Below, piece after piece: positions 33,155-43,575 of a DNA stretch of 64,000 nt. The first letter of the stretch is position 1. Every line of letters starts with the position of its first letter. Position numbers and translations under genes: made by a program. The notes beneath the pieces are model-generated. The model saw nothing but the letters and a program-made list of their open reading frames with translations. It was not told the DNA's origin and did no database searches. The DNA comes from an uncultured Alphaproteobacteria bacterium (GTDB taxonomy: Bacteria; Pseudomonadota; Alphaproteobacteria; ATCC43930; CGMCC-115725). The stretch is taken from contig CAVTUM010000002.1 of the NCBI GenBank assembly GCA_963737875.1, positions 56,847 to 120,846 on the forward strand. The letters run 5' to 3'.

Positions 33155-34111
33155 TCACTCGGCCTGCCGGGCCGGCACCGGTATGTCCGGCACCGGCATG
33201 TAAAGTACCTCCGGCGCGCGACGGCGGGTCTGGGTCCAGCCGATATAGAGGCCGCAGGCGATGACAATCGCGGCGCCGAGCCAGGTCATCGCGTCCGGCA
33301 GGTCGTCGAACAGCAGAAACCCGACCAGAACCGAGCCGAGCATCTGCACATACTGAAACGGTGTCACGATATTCGCCGGCGCAAAGCGCAGCGCCAGCGC
33401 GATGAAATAATCGCTGATCGCGCCGAGCACGCCGAGACTGCAGAACAGCGCAATGTCGGCGAACGATGACGGCGTTTTCCATACGAACGGCAGCACCAGG
33501 AACATGCCGAAGGCGCCGACCACCGAACTGTAGATCGCCGAGGTTTCGGCCGCCTCGGTATCGGCGACCTCGCGCGTGAAAATCTGATAGAGCCCGTTCA
33601 TCAGCGCGCTGAAGACGATGATCAGCGCCGCCCACTGAAACACCTCCGACCCCGGCCGGATAATCACCAGGACGCCGAGAAACCCGGCAAACACCGCCAC
33701 CACCCGCCCGACGCTGGTCCGCTCCTGCAGCAGCGGCCACGCCAGGGCCGCGACCATCAGCGGTCCGATCATGTTGATCGACGCCGCCTTGCCCATCGGG
33801 ATGAAGATCAGCGCAAAGAAATACGCCGCGTTCGAGGTGAACAGGCAGGCCGAGCGCAGCAAATGCCTGCCGAGCCGCCGCGTATACAGCATGCGCAGGC
33901 CAAACCGCGGCACAAAGGCTGCGAGCATGAACACCACATGGCCGAAGGCCCGCGCCCAGGAGATTTGCAGCGTGCTGTAATGCTCGCCAAGCAGCTTGGC
34001 AAAGCCGTTCATCAGCGGCGAGGTCAACCCCGACAGGCAGATGAACATCACGCCCAGCAGCAGGCTGGTATCCCACCTCGTATCCCGCTGACGCCGCATC
34101 GAGGCGAGCAT
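33155..34111 (-). CDS. DMT-superfamily (EamA-like) transporter
   Basis: ~318 aa, 10 predicted TM helices, duplicated EamA-like halves; start taken at MLASMRRQ. Confidence 0.8.
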   Translation of the reverse strand: MLASMRRQRDTRWDTSLLLGVMFICLSGLTSPLMNGFAKLLGEHYSTLQISWARAFGHVVFMLAAFVPRFGLRMLYTRRLGRHLLRSACLFTSNAAYFFALIFIPMGKAASINMIGPLMVAALAWPLLQERTSVGRVVAVFAGFLGVLVIIRPGSEVFQWAALIIVFSALMNGLYQIFTREVADTEAAETSAIYSSVVGAFGMFLVLPFVWKTPSSFADIALFCSLGVLGAISDYFIALALRFAPANIVTPFQYVQMLGSVLVGFLLFDDLPDAMTWLGAAIVIACGLYIGWTQTRRRAPEVLYMPVPDIPVPARQAE

Positions 34112-34261
34112 TCCCGGCCTTCCTCCCGACCCGCCAGCCCCCGGGGCTGACGGGATGTCCTGGAGCGTACTTCGATGAAGGCGGGAATGGCACCGCGTCC
34201 GCGCGCGACCGACACCTGCGCCGGTGGAATACTTGGGCCAGGGCCTCTCCTCCTCCCGCTG

Positions 34262-34385
34262 GGCGCGGCATCTCGTGGATGGCCGGGCCAAGCCCGGCCA
34301 CAAACGGATGGAGGTTTTCCGGCCCGGTCTCCCACTTTCGTTCGTGGCCGGGCTTGGCCCGGCCATCCACGAGCGGACGCGAGTT
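34262..34385. repeat. Palindromic repeat family 2, copy 2
   Basis: CTCGTGGATGGCCGGGCCAAGCCCGGCCACAAACG…CGTGGCCGGGCTTGGCCCGGCCATCCACGAG in divergent promoter region. Confidence 0.65.
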
Positions 34386-34483
34386 GCCCAAAGCGTTAGG
34401 GTCCGCGGATCGGCGATATGCGGGTGTCACTCATGGGTCGGCATCCCCTACACTCGCCCCGTAAACGACGGGCGGTAAATCAA

Positions 34484-36030
34484 ATGGCGCGCATTGCGGT
34501 TGGCGGGTTTCAGCACGAAACCAATACCTTCGCGCCTCAGCGCGCGACCTGGGACGATTTCGCGCGTGCCGACGCGTGGCCGGGATTTGTCCGCGGCACC
34601 GAACTGATCGAGGCGGTGCACGGCTACAATATTCCAATCGCCGGCGCGGTTGAGGCGCTGACCGCGCGCGGGCATGAACTCATCCCGCTGTGCTGGTGCT
34701 CGGCACCGCCCTCCTCCTACGTCGAGCGCGAGGCGTATGAGCGGGTCGCTGCCGCGATGCTCGAAGACCTCGCCGCCGCCGGCCCGGTCGATGGCATCTA
34801 TCTCGACCTGCATGGCGCGATGGTCGCCGAGCATCACGAGGACGGCGAAGGCGAGTTGCTGCGCCGCCTGCGCGGGCTGGTCGGCGATGCGATCCCGATC
34901 GTCACCAGCCTCGATTTCCACACCAACATGACGCCGGAAATGGTGCGCTATTCCAGCGCGATGGTCGGCTACCGGACCTATCCGCACATCGACATGGCGG
35001 CAACCGGAGCGCGCGCCGCGGAACTGCTCGACCGGCTGCTGCGCGAGAAGCGGCCACTCTACAAGGCCTTCCGGCAGATTGATTTCCTCATTCCGCTGGT
35101 GTGGCAATGCACGATGGCCGCGCCGACCGCGCGGCATCTTCTCGCTGCTCGACGACATCGAGAGCGGGAGGCGCGGTCGCACAACCAGGGCATCGTCAGC
35201 ATCACCCATACGCCGGGATTTCCGCCGGCCGATATCGCGCAATGTGGCCCGGCATTGGTCGTCTACGGCCACGACCGCGAGGCCGCCGAAGCCGCCGCCG
35301 ACCGCCTCGCCGCGGCGATCCACGAGCGCGAGGCCGAGTTCGCCGGCAAGCTCTATGACCCGGACGAGGCGGTAACCGAGGCGCTGCGCCTCGCGCGGAC
35401 GGCGTCAAAGCCGATCGTGCTCGCCGATATACAGGACAACCCCGGCGCCGGCGGCACGTCGGACACGGTCGGGCTGCTGCGCGCGCTGATCGCGCACCGC
35501 GCTGCCGGCGCGGTGATCGGCATGATCGTCGATCCCGAAGCCGCAGCCGCGGCGGCCGCGGCCGGCGAGGGCGCCCGCCTCCCGATCGGCATCGGCGCCA
35601 AGGTGGGGTACGCCGGCGAGGTGCCGGTCGAGGCCGACTGGCGCGTCGTCAAACTCGGCAGCGGCGAGTTTACCGGCACCGGCCCGATGTATGGTGGCGC
35701 CAAATTCCGGATCGGCCCGATGGCGCTGGTGACCGACGAGGCCAGCGGCGTTTCGGTCGTGCTGGCGGCCAAGCGCATCCAGGCGGCCGACCAGGAAATG
35801 TTCCGCCACGTCGGTATCGAGCCGTCGCAGGTGCCGATCCTCGGCCTCAAATCGACGGTGCATTTCCGCGCCGATTTCCAGCCGATCGCCGAGACGATCC
35901 TGGTCGTGCGGTCGCCCGGCGCGCATGTCTCCGACCCGCAGGAAATGCCCTACCGGCATCTGCGCCCCGGCATCCGCCTGCAACCCGATGGGGCCAGCGC
36001 ATGTTCGCCCCGCGGGTACATAGCCGCCCG
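34484..36030 (+). CDS. M81-family metallopeptidase (MlrC/microcystinase-C-like, DUF1485+MlrC_C), 2 frameshifts near 35130-35170; 3-prime end uncertain
   Basis: MARIAVGGFQHETNTFAP…HGAMVAEHHEDGEGELLRRLR…FLIPLVWQCTMAAPTARH|FSLLDDIESG|…GIVSITHTPGFPPADIAQCGP…ADIQDNPGAGGTSDT…. Confidence 0.75.
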
Positions 36031-36062
36031 GAACAGCCTGCTCCGGGTCGACGGCGAATTCG

Positions 36063-37235
36063 TCACCGCGCCATCGCGGCGGCAACCGCGATCAGCGTGG
36101 CGTCGCCATGGCGCGGCCCGACGATCGACAGCCCGACCGGCACGCCGGCAACCGTGGCGCCGGGGATGCTGACCTGCGGCACGCCGGTCAGCCCGCCGTG
36201 GCAGCACAGGGCCGTGATGCGGTCACGCAACGGCTCCAGCACCGAGATCGGCTGACCCTTCAATGGCGCCGGAAAGGGTGTTGTCGGCAGGCACAGGATG
36301 GTTCCCGCCGGCAAAAGCTGACGCATGCGGCCGCGCGCCTCCTGGCGCACCAGCGCAGCCCAGGCGCGCTCGCTCGCCGGGAATGCCGGCCGAAAGGCCA
36401 GATTGCGGGCAACGGTAAACTGGAAGCGCGGGTTGGCCTCGTCGATCCAGTCGCGAAAATTCTGCCACGCCTCGTATGGTTGCAGGGTCCGCTGTGCCCT
36501 GGCCCAGGTCGCGAGGCCCGGCGGCGCCATCGTGACCTCCTGAACATCGCCCACCAGCGCGCGCAGCCGCGCCACCATCGGTTCGAGCGCCACGGCGGTC
36601 TCCGGATCGGCCAGCGCGAACGCGTCGGTGGCGATGACCAGCCGGTTCGGCAGGGTTTCGGGGATCGCCTCGCCGAGCAGGACCGCCGAGATCCGTGCGA
36701 AGGTCGCGGCATCGCGCGCGAACCAGCCGGTCGTGTCGCAGGTCGGCGCCTGGCTCATCATGCCGGTCACGTCAAGGCGGCCATGCGTCGGGCGAATGCC
36801 GTAGAGCCCGCAAAAGCTCGACGGCACCCGCACCGAGCCGCCGGTATCCGTGCCAAGCGCCGTATCGACAGACACCGGCCGCGACGGCGGAGGCCGAACC
36901 CGCCGACGAGCCGCCGGGCACCCGGTCGGGTGCACGCGGGTTGAGCGGCGTCCCCTCGAACGGGTTTTCGCCGAGAATGCCGAGCGACACCTCGTCGGTG
37001 ATGGTCTTGCCGATCAGGTCGGCACCGGCATCGAGCAGCGTCTGCACCGCCCAGGCGTGGCGGGTCGGCACCGGATGCGTGCGCGGCCAGTCCGGGTTGC
37101 CGCCGCCCGTCGGACGCCCCGCCACGTCGAACAAATCCTTGGCGGCAAACGTCAGTCCCGCCAGCGGTCCGCCCGGCGAGCCGGCAACATGAAACTGCTG
37201 GCCGGGAACAAAGGCGCCGATCGCGTCGGTAGTCA
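36063..37235 (-). CDS. Amidase (amidase-signature family), one +1 frameshift near 36905
   Basis: MTTDAIGAFVPGQ…GLTFAAKDLFDVAG…GGSSAGSASAVAAG|VDTALGTDTGGSVRVPSSFCGLYGIRPTHGR (AS signature GGSS[GS]G and catalytic Ser-cisSer-Lys context) split across two ORFs. Confidence 0.8.
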
Positions 37236-37253
37236 TCCGTACTCCCCTTGAGA

Positions 37254-38483
37254 CTATTTTTCGGCAGCCGAGTACGGGTATTTCAGGGAGCCGGTCTTCA
37301 GAGCGGGTGGGTCGAGGATGACCTGCACGCCGGGCTTGGCGAACTGGTCGAGGTCGTGGCCTTTCACGCCCTGGTACTGGATCGTCAGGATGCGAGGCTC
37401 GGCCCATTCCCCGTCCGGTCCGAACTTGATGCCGCCCATGATCGTCTTGAACTCGGTCGCGTGCATGTATTGCGCGAGCTTGTCCTGATCGATCGATTTC
37501 GTGCCCTCGACCGCCTGCTCCAATACCTGGAAGGTGGCGTAGACCAGCGGCGGTACGTAATAGCCGAGCGGGTCGGTGCCAGCGTCTTTGGCGCGCGCCT
37601 GGTATTCCTTGATGAAGTCGCCGACGCCAGGGAAATTCATCGTCGGCTCGTGGACGAACAGCTCGTAATCGACGATGCCGTTCAACCGCTCGCCCATCTG
37701 CGATTTGATCGCGCCGTATTGCAGCCCGATGATCGGGCCGCCGAACATCTTGGCCTCGAGCCCCTGTTCTCCGACCGAACGCAGGATGCCGGCGCTGTCG
37801 GCCGGGTATGAGGCGACAAACACCAGGTCGGGGCTGGTCGCCTTGATGGCGCGCACGATCGGGCTGTAGTCGATCGTGTTCGGCGGGTAATTCTTGTCGT
37901 AGACGATCTGCAGCCCGGCCTTTTTGGCGTGTTCGCGCGCCCCGGCCATCGCATTCTTGGAGAACTCGGCGTCGGCGCCGGTCATCGCCAGAGTCTTCGG
38001 CTTCGGATCGATTGACATCGCGGCGGCGAAATAGCCGGCGGTGATCGCTTCCTTGCCCTTCGGGCCGTATGGCATGGTCTGGAAGAAGCGCGGGTAGTGG
38101 AATTCGTCATTGACCGCCAGCGCCAGAGTGTCGAGCACCATGACGTTATGTTCGATCAGCATCGGCATCGCCGCGGCGCTGAAATTGGTGCCCGATGCGA
38201 TGACCAGGTCGATCTTGTCGACATCGAGCAGCTTCGTATAGATGCCTGGCACCAGCGCCGGATTGCTCTGGTCGTCGTAATGGATCAGCTCGACCTTGCG
38301 CCCGAGCAGCCCGCCTTTCGCGTTCACCTGGTCGGCCCAGATCTGCGCCGTCAGGACAAACTGCTTGCCGCTCGCCGCGCTGCCGCCGGTTTCCTCGGCG
38401 CTGAACCCGATCTTGATCGGCGGCTCCGCCGCAACCGCCGGCAGCGACAGCGGCAAGCAGCAAGCCTGCGCCCAGCATTTTTC
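37254..38483 (-). CDS. ABC transporter substrate-binding protein, branched-chain amino acid (LivK) family; frameshift in signal-peptide region (~38425)
   Basis: [20 protein letters not shown]…|[57 protein letters not shown]… Peripla_BP_6 pattern. Confidence 0.85.
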   Translation of the reverse strand, partial: EKCWAQACCLPLSLPAVAAEPPIKIGFSAEETGGSAASGKQFVLTAQIWADQVNAKGGLLGRKVELIHYDDQSNPALVPGIYTKLLDVDKIDLVIASGTNFSAAAMPMLIEHNVMVLDTLALAVNDEFHYPRFFQTMPYGPKGKEAITAGYFAAAMSIDPKPKTLAMTGADAEFSKNAMAGAREHAKKAGLQIVYDKNYPPNTIDYSPIVRAIKATSPDLVFVASYPADSAGILRSVGEQGLEAKMFGGPIIGLQYGAIKSQMGERLNGIVDYELFVHEPTMNFPGVGDFIKEYQARAKDAGTDPLGYYVPPLVYATFQVLEQAVEGTKSIDQDKLAQYMHATEFKTIMGGIKFGPDGEWAEPRILTIQYQGVKGHDLDQFAKPGVQVILDPPALKTGSLKYPYSAAEK

Positions 38484-38589
38484 TGATACGCATTAACAAC
38501 TCCTAAAACATGACCGTTCCAACGCGGCTCCGCGTCAGATCGAGTCCCGGTTGCCATCAGACTTTGCATTTGCTTCGGTACACTTCCTC

Positions 38590-39582
38590 TTAGATGAACA
38601 CGCCCTTCATCCGCCTGCGGGGTAGCGGGTGCCGGCGGCGGCGCCGACCGGGATGACCGATCGCGATCGCCTCGGTCTCTTCCGGGGTCAGCGTGATGTC
38701 GAGGGCGCCGAGATTCTCCTGGAGGCGGGAGAGCTGCTTGGTGCCGGGGATCGGCAGCACGTCGTCGCCTTGCGCCAAGAGCCAGGCGAGGCAAAGCTGT
38801 GCGACGGTGCAGCGCCGGTCGGCGGCGATTGCTTCGAGGCCTTCGACAAACACCCGGTTTTTCGAGAAATTGTCGCCCTGAAAGCGCGGGTGCCGGCCGC
38901 GCGTGTCGCCGGCGGCGAGATTGTTGAAGTCGGGCACGGCGCCGGCCAGGAGGCTGCGGCCGAGCGGCGCGTAGGCGACAAAGGAAATGCCGAGATCGCG
39001 GGTCACGGCCCGCGTCTCGCTCCGCCTCCTCGCGGTAGAGCAGCGAAAATTCGCTCTGCACCGCGGCGATCGGATGCACCTTGTGCGCCGCCTGGATGCG
39101 CTCGGGCTTGGCCTCGCACAGCCCGATAAAGCGCACCTTGCCCTGCTCGACGAGCCGCGCCATCCCGCCGACCGTTTCCTCGACCGGCACCGTCGGATCG
39201 ACGCGGTGCTGGTAATAGAGGTCGATATGATCGGTATCGAGCCGCTTCAGGCTCGCTTCGCAGGCCTGCTTGGACGTATTCGGGGCGGCCGTTGACGCCG
39301 TTGGCGCCGCCCGGCTGCTGCGTCTGGCCGAATTTGCTGGCCAGCATCGACCTTGTCGCGCCGCCCTTTCAGCGCCCGGCCGAGCAATTCCTCGTTCTGG
39401 CCCCAGCCATACATATCGGAGCTGTCGAGGTGATTGACCCCGAGGTCGATCGCCTGGTGCACCAATGCGATGCCCGCCGCATCCTCGCTCGGCCCATATG
39501 TGCCCGACAGCGACATGCAGCCGAGGCCGATTGCGGTGACTTCCGGTCCGTTTTTGCCCACCCGACGCTTGCCTGCCGCCAT
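38590..39582 (-). pseudogene. Aldo/keto reductase, at least 3 frameshifts
   Basis: [31 protein letters not shown]…[26 protein letters not shown]|VLASKFGQ…GRPEYVQA|[52 protein letters not shown]…|[17 protein letters not shown]…[22 protein letters not shown]. Confidence 0.8.
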
Positions 39583-39702
39583 CTATCGCCTCCCGTTGGT
39601 GCTGCCGCAGCATAGCGGCCACCGGCGCGGCCCGCGAGTTTTTGTGACAATTCGCTGGCGCGCGCTATGATCGCATCACAAGTTTCGACCGAGGAGGGAG
39701 CG

Positions 39703-40768
39703 ATGGCGGATCAGACGCATGTTTACGTCGGCGTGGCGGCAACCGTCGGCATGGAGCACCAGGGCACGCTCGGCGGCATCTTCCGCCAGCAGGTCGGGGA
39801 CAGCAAATGGGAGCAGCTGAAGAGCGGCCTGCCGGATGGCGCCGAGGTGCACGCGGTGACGGTGCACCCGACCGATCACGACACGATTTATGTCGGCAGC
39901 ACCAAGGGCATCTATCGCAGCCATAATCGCGGCGGCAAGTTCGAGCACCTCAATGTGCCGGGCGGCGACCCCGATATCTGGTCGATCCTGGTGCACCCGA
40001 AAGACCCGAAGCGCATCTATGCCGGCGCCACGCCGACCCATGTCTATCGCAGCGACGACAGCGGCGATAACTGGAAGATGCTGGCCGATCCCGGCACTGC
40101 CCGATCGCGTCATCATGGCGTTCGCCTGCCGGGTGATGCGGCTCGATGTCGACCCGAACTCGCCCGATGACGTATTCGCGACGATCGAGGCCAATGGCGC
40201 GATGCGCAGCCGCAATGCCGGCGAAAGCTGGGAAGACTGCACCGCCGACCTGATCCGGTTCTGCGAACAGCCGAAATATAGGAGCCGCATCGGCAGCCAG
40301 ACCGAGATCGAAGGCATGCTCGACGGCCATGCGCTGGCGTGCAGCGCCGCGGCGCCGGGCACCGTGTTCCTCGCCAACCGCATGGGGCTGTTCCGCAGCA
40401 ACGACCGCGGCAATAGCTGGGAAGACATGGAGATCGGGCGCTTTTCGCCGCTGACCTATGGCCGCGACATCCGCACCTCGCCGCATGACCCGAAGGTGCT
40501 GTATGCGGCGCTGAGCCCGGCGGCGCGCTCGACCGACGGGTCGATCTATCGCAGCGACGATGTCGGCAAGACGTGGAAACGCTATGACCACGACATCAAG
40601 GCGGACGCGACGATGATGGGCGTGACGATCCATCCGCGCGACCCGAACCAGGTCTACGGTGTCTCGCGCGTCGGCCAGATGTTCGGCACGCAGGATGGCG
40701 GCAAGACGTGGAGCGAACACCGCCTGCCGGAAGGCGTGCGCGACTGCTACGCGATCGCCTGCGGCTGA
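39703..40768 (+). CDS. BNR/Asp-box repeat protein (glycosyl-hydrolase/Ycf48-like beta-propeller), one +1 frameshift near 40100
   Basis: Repeated S-x-D-x-G-x-T-W motifs: RSDDSGDNWKML, RSNDRGNSWEDM, RSDDVGKTWKRY, TQDGGKTWSEH. Confidence 0.65.
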
Positions 40769-40774
40769 TTTATC

Positions 40775-40812
40775 GCGGTCATATAAACCCCTCCGGCGGG
40801 AAACTGCCGGAG
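40775..40812. terminator. Bidirectional rho-independent terminator
   Basis: AAACCCCTCCGGCGGGAAACTGCCGGAGGGGTTTTTAT: 10-bp GC-rich stem flanked by A-run and T-run, between convergent genes. Confidence 0.7.
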
Positions 40813-40818
40813 GGGTTT

Positions 40819-42045
40819 TTATGTTCTGGGCACGAACACAGCCCGCCGCCACGCCAGCAGCAGGCCGACAACGCCGGTACTGGCCATCAGCAGGATGGCG
40901 GTGCCGGGGCCGAACTTTTCGGACAGGACGCCGATCGCCATCACGCCGATCGGGCCGGTGCCGATGCACATGGTAACGATACCGAGGACGCGCGAGCGGG
41001 TTGCCGGCGGAGCCTCGGTCAGGATGAGGCTGGTCTGCATGTTCGCGAACAAGGCGCTGCCGAGCCCGCCCGTCACCAGCAGCACAAAGGCCAGGCCGTA
41101 CCACGGCGACAGCGCCATCGCGATGACCCCGCCGAGCAGCAGAAACGAGCCTTTCAGCATCGCACGGGCGCCGTCGAGCCGCAGCCAACCGGCCGACAAG
41201 GCGCTGCCGACAATAATGGCGCCAAGTGGCTCGGCGGCGGCCAAGGCGCCGACCATGACCGGCGATACCCGGAAGTAATCGAGGCCAATCGGTGCGATCA
41301 GGGCCGAGTAGCAGAACCCGAATGTGTTCATGACGATCGTGACCAACACGACCGTGGTGATCGCCGAGTTGCCGCGGACGACGGCGATGCCCTCCGCGAT
41401 GTCCCTGCAGATGCTGCCAAAGCGTAGCCGATGCGGCTCCTGATGGAAGACGAGGCCGGCGATCGTCGCAATCGCCGCAAGATAAAGCCCGGCCGACACG
41501 AGATAGGCGCCGCCGAGACCCAGCACCTGGAACGCAGCGCCACCACAAAGCGGGCCGACGACCCGGGCAACGCTGTTGGTCAGCGAGTCGAAGGCGATCG
41601 CGGCGACGACCCGGTCGGTCGTGACAACCTCGCTGAGCATGCGTCGGCGCACCGCCATCTCGCAGGTCCAGACGCTGCCGGAAGCGACGCCGCCGAGCGC
41701 GACGTGCCACACCTGCAGCGTGCCGCTCAGCGCCAGGGCTGCCAGCGCCGCTGACGTTGCCGCGAGCACACTGAGCTGCGCCAACAGCACATGCTTGCGG
41801 TTCACCGCCTCGGCGACAACGCCGGCGAGCGGCCCGAGGAACAGCATCGGCAGGCTGCGCGCCACGGTGACGGCCGCGACCAGCACGGTCGAATGCGTGG
41901 CCTCGTAGGTGAAGATGCCGGCGACCAACAGTTCGAGCCAGCGCATCGCGTTGCCCACGCCGCCGACAAACCACAGCCGGACATAATCGGGGGTGGCAAG
42001 CAGCCGGCGCGGTCGAAGCGGCAAACCAATCGAGTCGGTTGTCAT
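40819..42045 (-). CDS. MFS transporter (EntS/DHA3-like), downstream paralogue
   Basis: 12 TM; LRPRRLLATPDYVRLWFVGGVGNAMRWLELLVAGIFTYE…; start MTTDSIG overlaps upstream stop (ATGA). Confidence 0.85.
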   Translation of the reverse strand: MTTDSIGLPLRPRRLLATPDYVRLWFVGGVGNAMRWLELLVAGIFTYEATHSTVLVAAVTVARSLPMLFLGPLAGVVAEAVNRKHVLLAQLSVLAATSAALAALALSGTLQVWHVALGGVASGSVWTCEMAVRRRMLSEVVTTDRVVAAIAFDSLTNSVARVVGPLCGGAAFQVLGLGGAYLVSAGLYLAAIATIAGLVFHQEPHRLRFGSICRDIAEGIAVVRGNSAITTVVLVTIVMNTFGFCYSALIAPIGLDYFRVSPVMVGALAAAEPLGAIIVGSALSAGWLRLDGARAMLKGSFLLLGGVIAMALSPWYGLAFVLLVTGGLGSALFANMQTSLILTEAPPATRSRVLGIVTMCIGTGPIGVMAIGVLSEKFGPGTAILLMASTGVVGLLLAWRRAVFVPRT

Positions 42046-43295
42046 CGCGCATTGGCCGGTGCATCGGCCGGCCACAGCGCATCGCGCCAGCGCACGGCAA
42101 TGACCAGCGTCAGCGCCGCGCCGACGAGGCAATAAAGCGAGGTCGTGGCGGCGAAGCCGATGCGGTCGATCAGTCCACCTGCCGCCAGGAGGCCGATCGG
42201 AACGCCATAAATCGCCAGCATCCGCACGCCCATGACCCGGCCGCGAAACCGCTCGCCGGCGCTATGCAACAGCATGACCGACATCGGCACGAGGCTGAGG
42301 CTTTGCGTAAAGCCGGCAATGACCAGCGCGAAGCGGCCGCTGACCGGACCCGGCATCTGCACGAATACCAGCAGGGCGGCGTACCAGCCGAGCGCGAACA
42401 GGATCATCATGCGGGCCGGCCGCAACGCGCGGCCCGCGAAACTGATCGCGACCGATCCGAGCAGCGAGCCCAGCGCGAAACTCGCGACGAGCGTGCCGAG
42501 CCCGTTCTCGTCGATCCGATAGACGTCCCGCGCAACATAGGGGAGCAGGCCGCTCGTCAAGGGAAAGGCCGTCAGATTGACGAGAAACGCCAGCCACATT
42601 GCCGCCAGTGAGCACGGCGTATCCCACACATAGGCAAGCCCCTCGCGCAGATCGCGCCACAATGACATGCGAACGAGGGCGCTGGTCGCAGCGACGACGG
42701 GGCGACCGCTGGCGACGCCCAGCGTCAACAGGAAGCCCGTGCCGTAAAAACTGGCGATCGCGAGATAGACCGGGCCGAGCCCGAACGCGGCGAACAGGCC
42801 GGCCCCTGCCAGGGCGCCGAAGATGCGGGCAGAATCGGATGTGGTGCGTGACACGCCCATCGTTGCCATCAGGGTCTCCGCCGGCATCGTCGCGGCGACG
42901 AGAGCGTTTCGCAGCCCTTGGTCGGACGGGCGGATCAGGCCGGATAGCGTCGCGATGATGAAGACGTGAGCCGGCCGCAGCGCCCCCTCAAAGGCCAGCG
43001 TCGTCACGACGATGCCGAGACAGGCATAGGCTGCCCGCATCACGCACAACACCGCGCGATGACCAAACCGGTCGCCGGCCATGCCAAAGACCGGCGCCAG
43101 CAATGTGCCGAGATACAGCAGGGCCCAGAACAGGGTCAGAGCCAGCACCGAGCCGGTCTCGACCAGGATGTACCAGCCGAGCACAAGGTTCTCCATCTCG
43201 ATACCCCAGGAGGTCGAGAGGTCGGCGGGAAATTGATAGCGGAAGCTGCGCACCTGAAACGGCGCCAGCACGGCGGACCAGGACATCACACTCAT
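42042..43295 (-). CDS. MFS transporter (EntS/DHA3-like), upstream paralogue
   Basis: 417 aa, 12 TM, same family as adjacent gene. Confidence 0.85.
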   Translation of the reverse strand: MSVMSWSAVLAPFQVRSFRYQFPADLSTSWGIEMENLVLGWYILVETGSVLALTLFWALLYLGTLLAPVFGMAGDRFGHRAVLCVMRAAYACLGIVVTTLAFEGALRPAHVFIIATLSGLIRPSDQGLRNALVAATMPAETLMATMGVSRTTSDSARIFGALAGAGLFAAFGLGPVYLAIASFYGTGFLLTLGVASGRPVVAATSALVRMSLWRDLREGLAYVWDTPCSLAAMWLAFLVNLTAFPLTSGLLPYVARDVYRIDENGLGTLVASFALGSLLGSVAISFAGRALRPARMMILFALGWYAALLVFVQMPGPVSGRFALVIAGFTQSLSLVPMSVMLLHSAGERFRGRVMGVRMLAIYGVPIGLLAAGGLIDRIGFAATTSLYCLVGAALTLVIAVRWRDALWPADAPANAR

Positions 43296-43520
43296 GGCGG
43301 GAAAGTCAGCGCGGGTCGTCGTAGACAGGCCATTGTTCGATAAGGATCGACTGGTCCGCCTAAGTAACAGGCATTCTGATCGGAAGGATGCCTGTTCGAC
43401 AGGCTTCTGTCTCCCCGCAAGACCTCGTCATGAGCTATGCGAATTGACAATGGCGATAGGGACGGCCGCCGCGCTCCGCTTCACGGCGCCGACTGGCATC
43501 CGGCTATTCGGCAAGCCGGA

Positions 43521-43556
43521 CGCAAAAAACCCGCCGGCATGCCGGCGGGTTTCCTG
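43521..43556 (-). terminator. Rho-independent terminator of porin gene
   Basis: On minus strand AAACCCGCCGGCATGCCGGCGGGTTTTTTGCG. Confidence 0.6.
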
Positions 43557-43575
43557 GATAAGGATGTTCGGCTGA

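Noticed and set aside
33078-34430. 450-aa minus-strand ORF and 33863-34150 / 34175-34478 ORFs containing VDGRAKPGHER motifs
   Set aside because: Overlap the DMT gene out of frame and run through repeat family 2. They are artefacts of palindromic repeats, not genes.
39950-42100. 716-aa minus-strand ORF
   Set aside because: Low-complexity Arg/Ala/Gly composition; overlaps the BNR gene antisense and the MFS gene out of frame. Shadow ORF.
43294-43575. 93-aa ORF between the MFS operon and the porin gene
   Set aside because: Spans the porin terminator hairpin and a promoter region; no coding signal.
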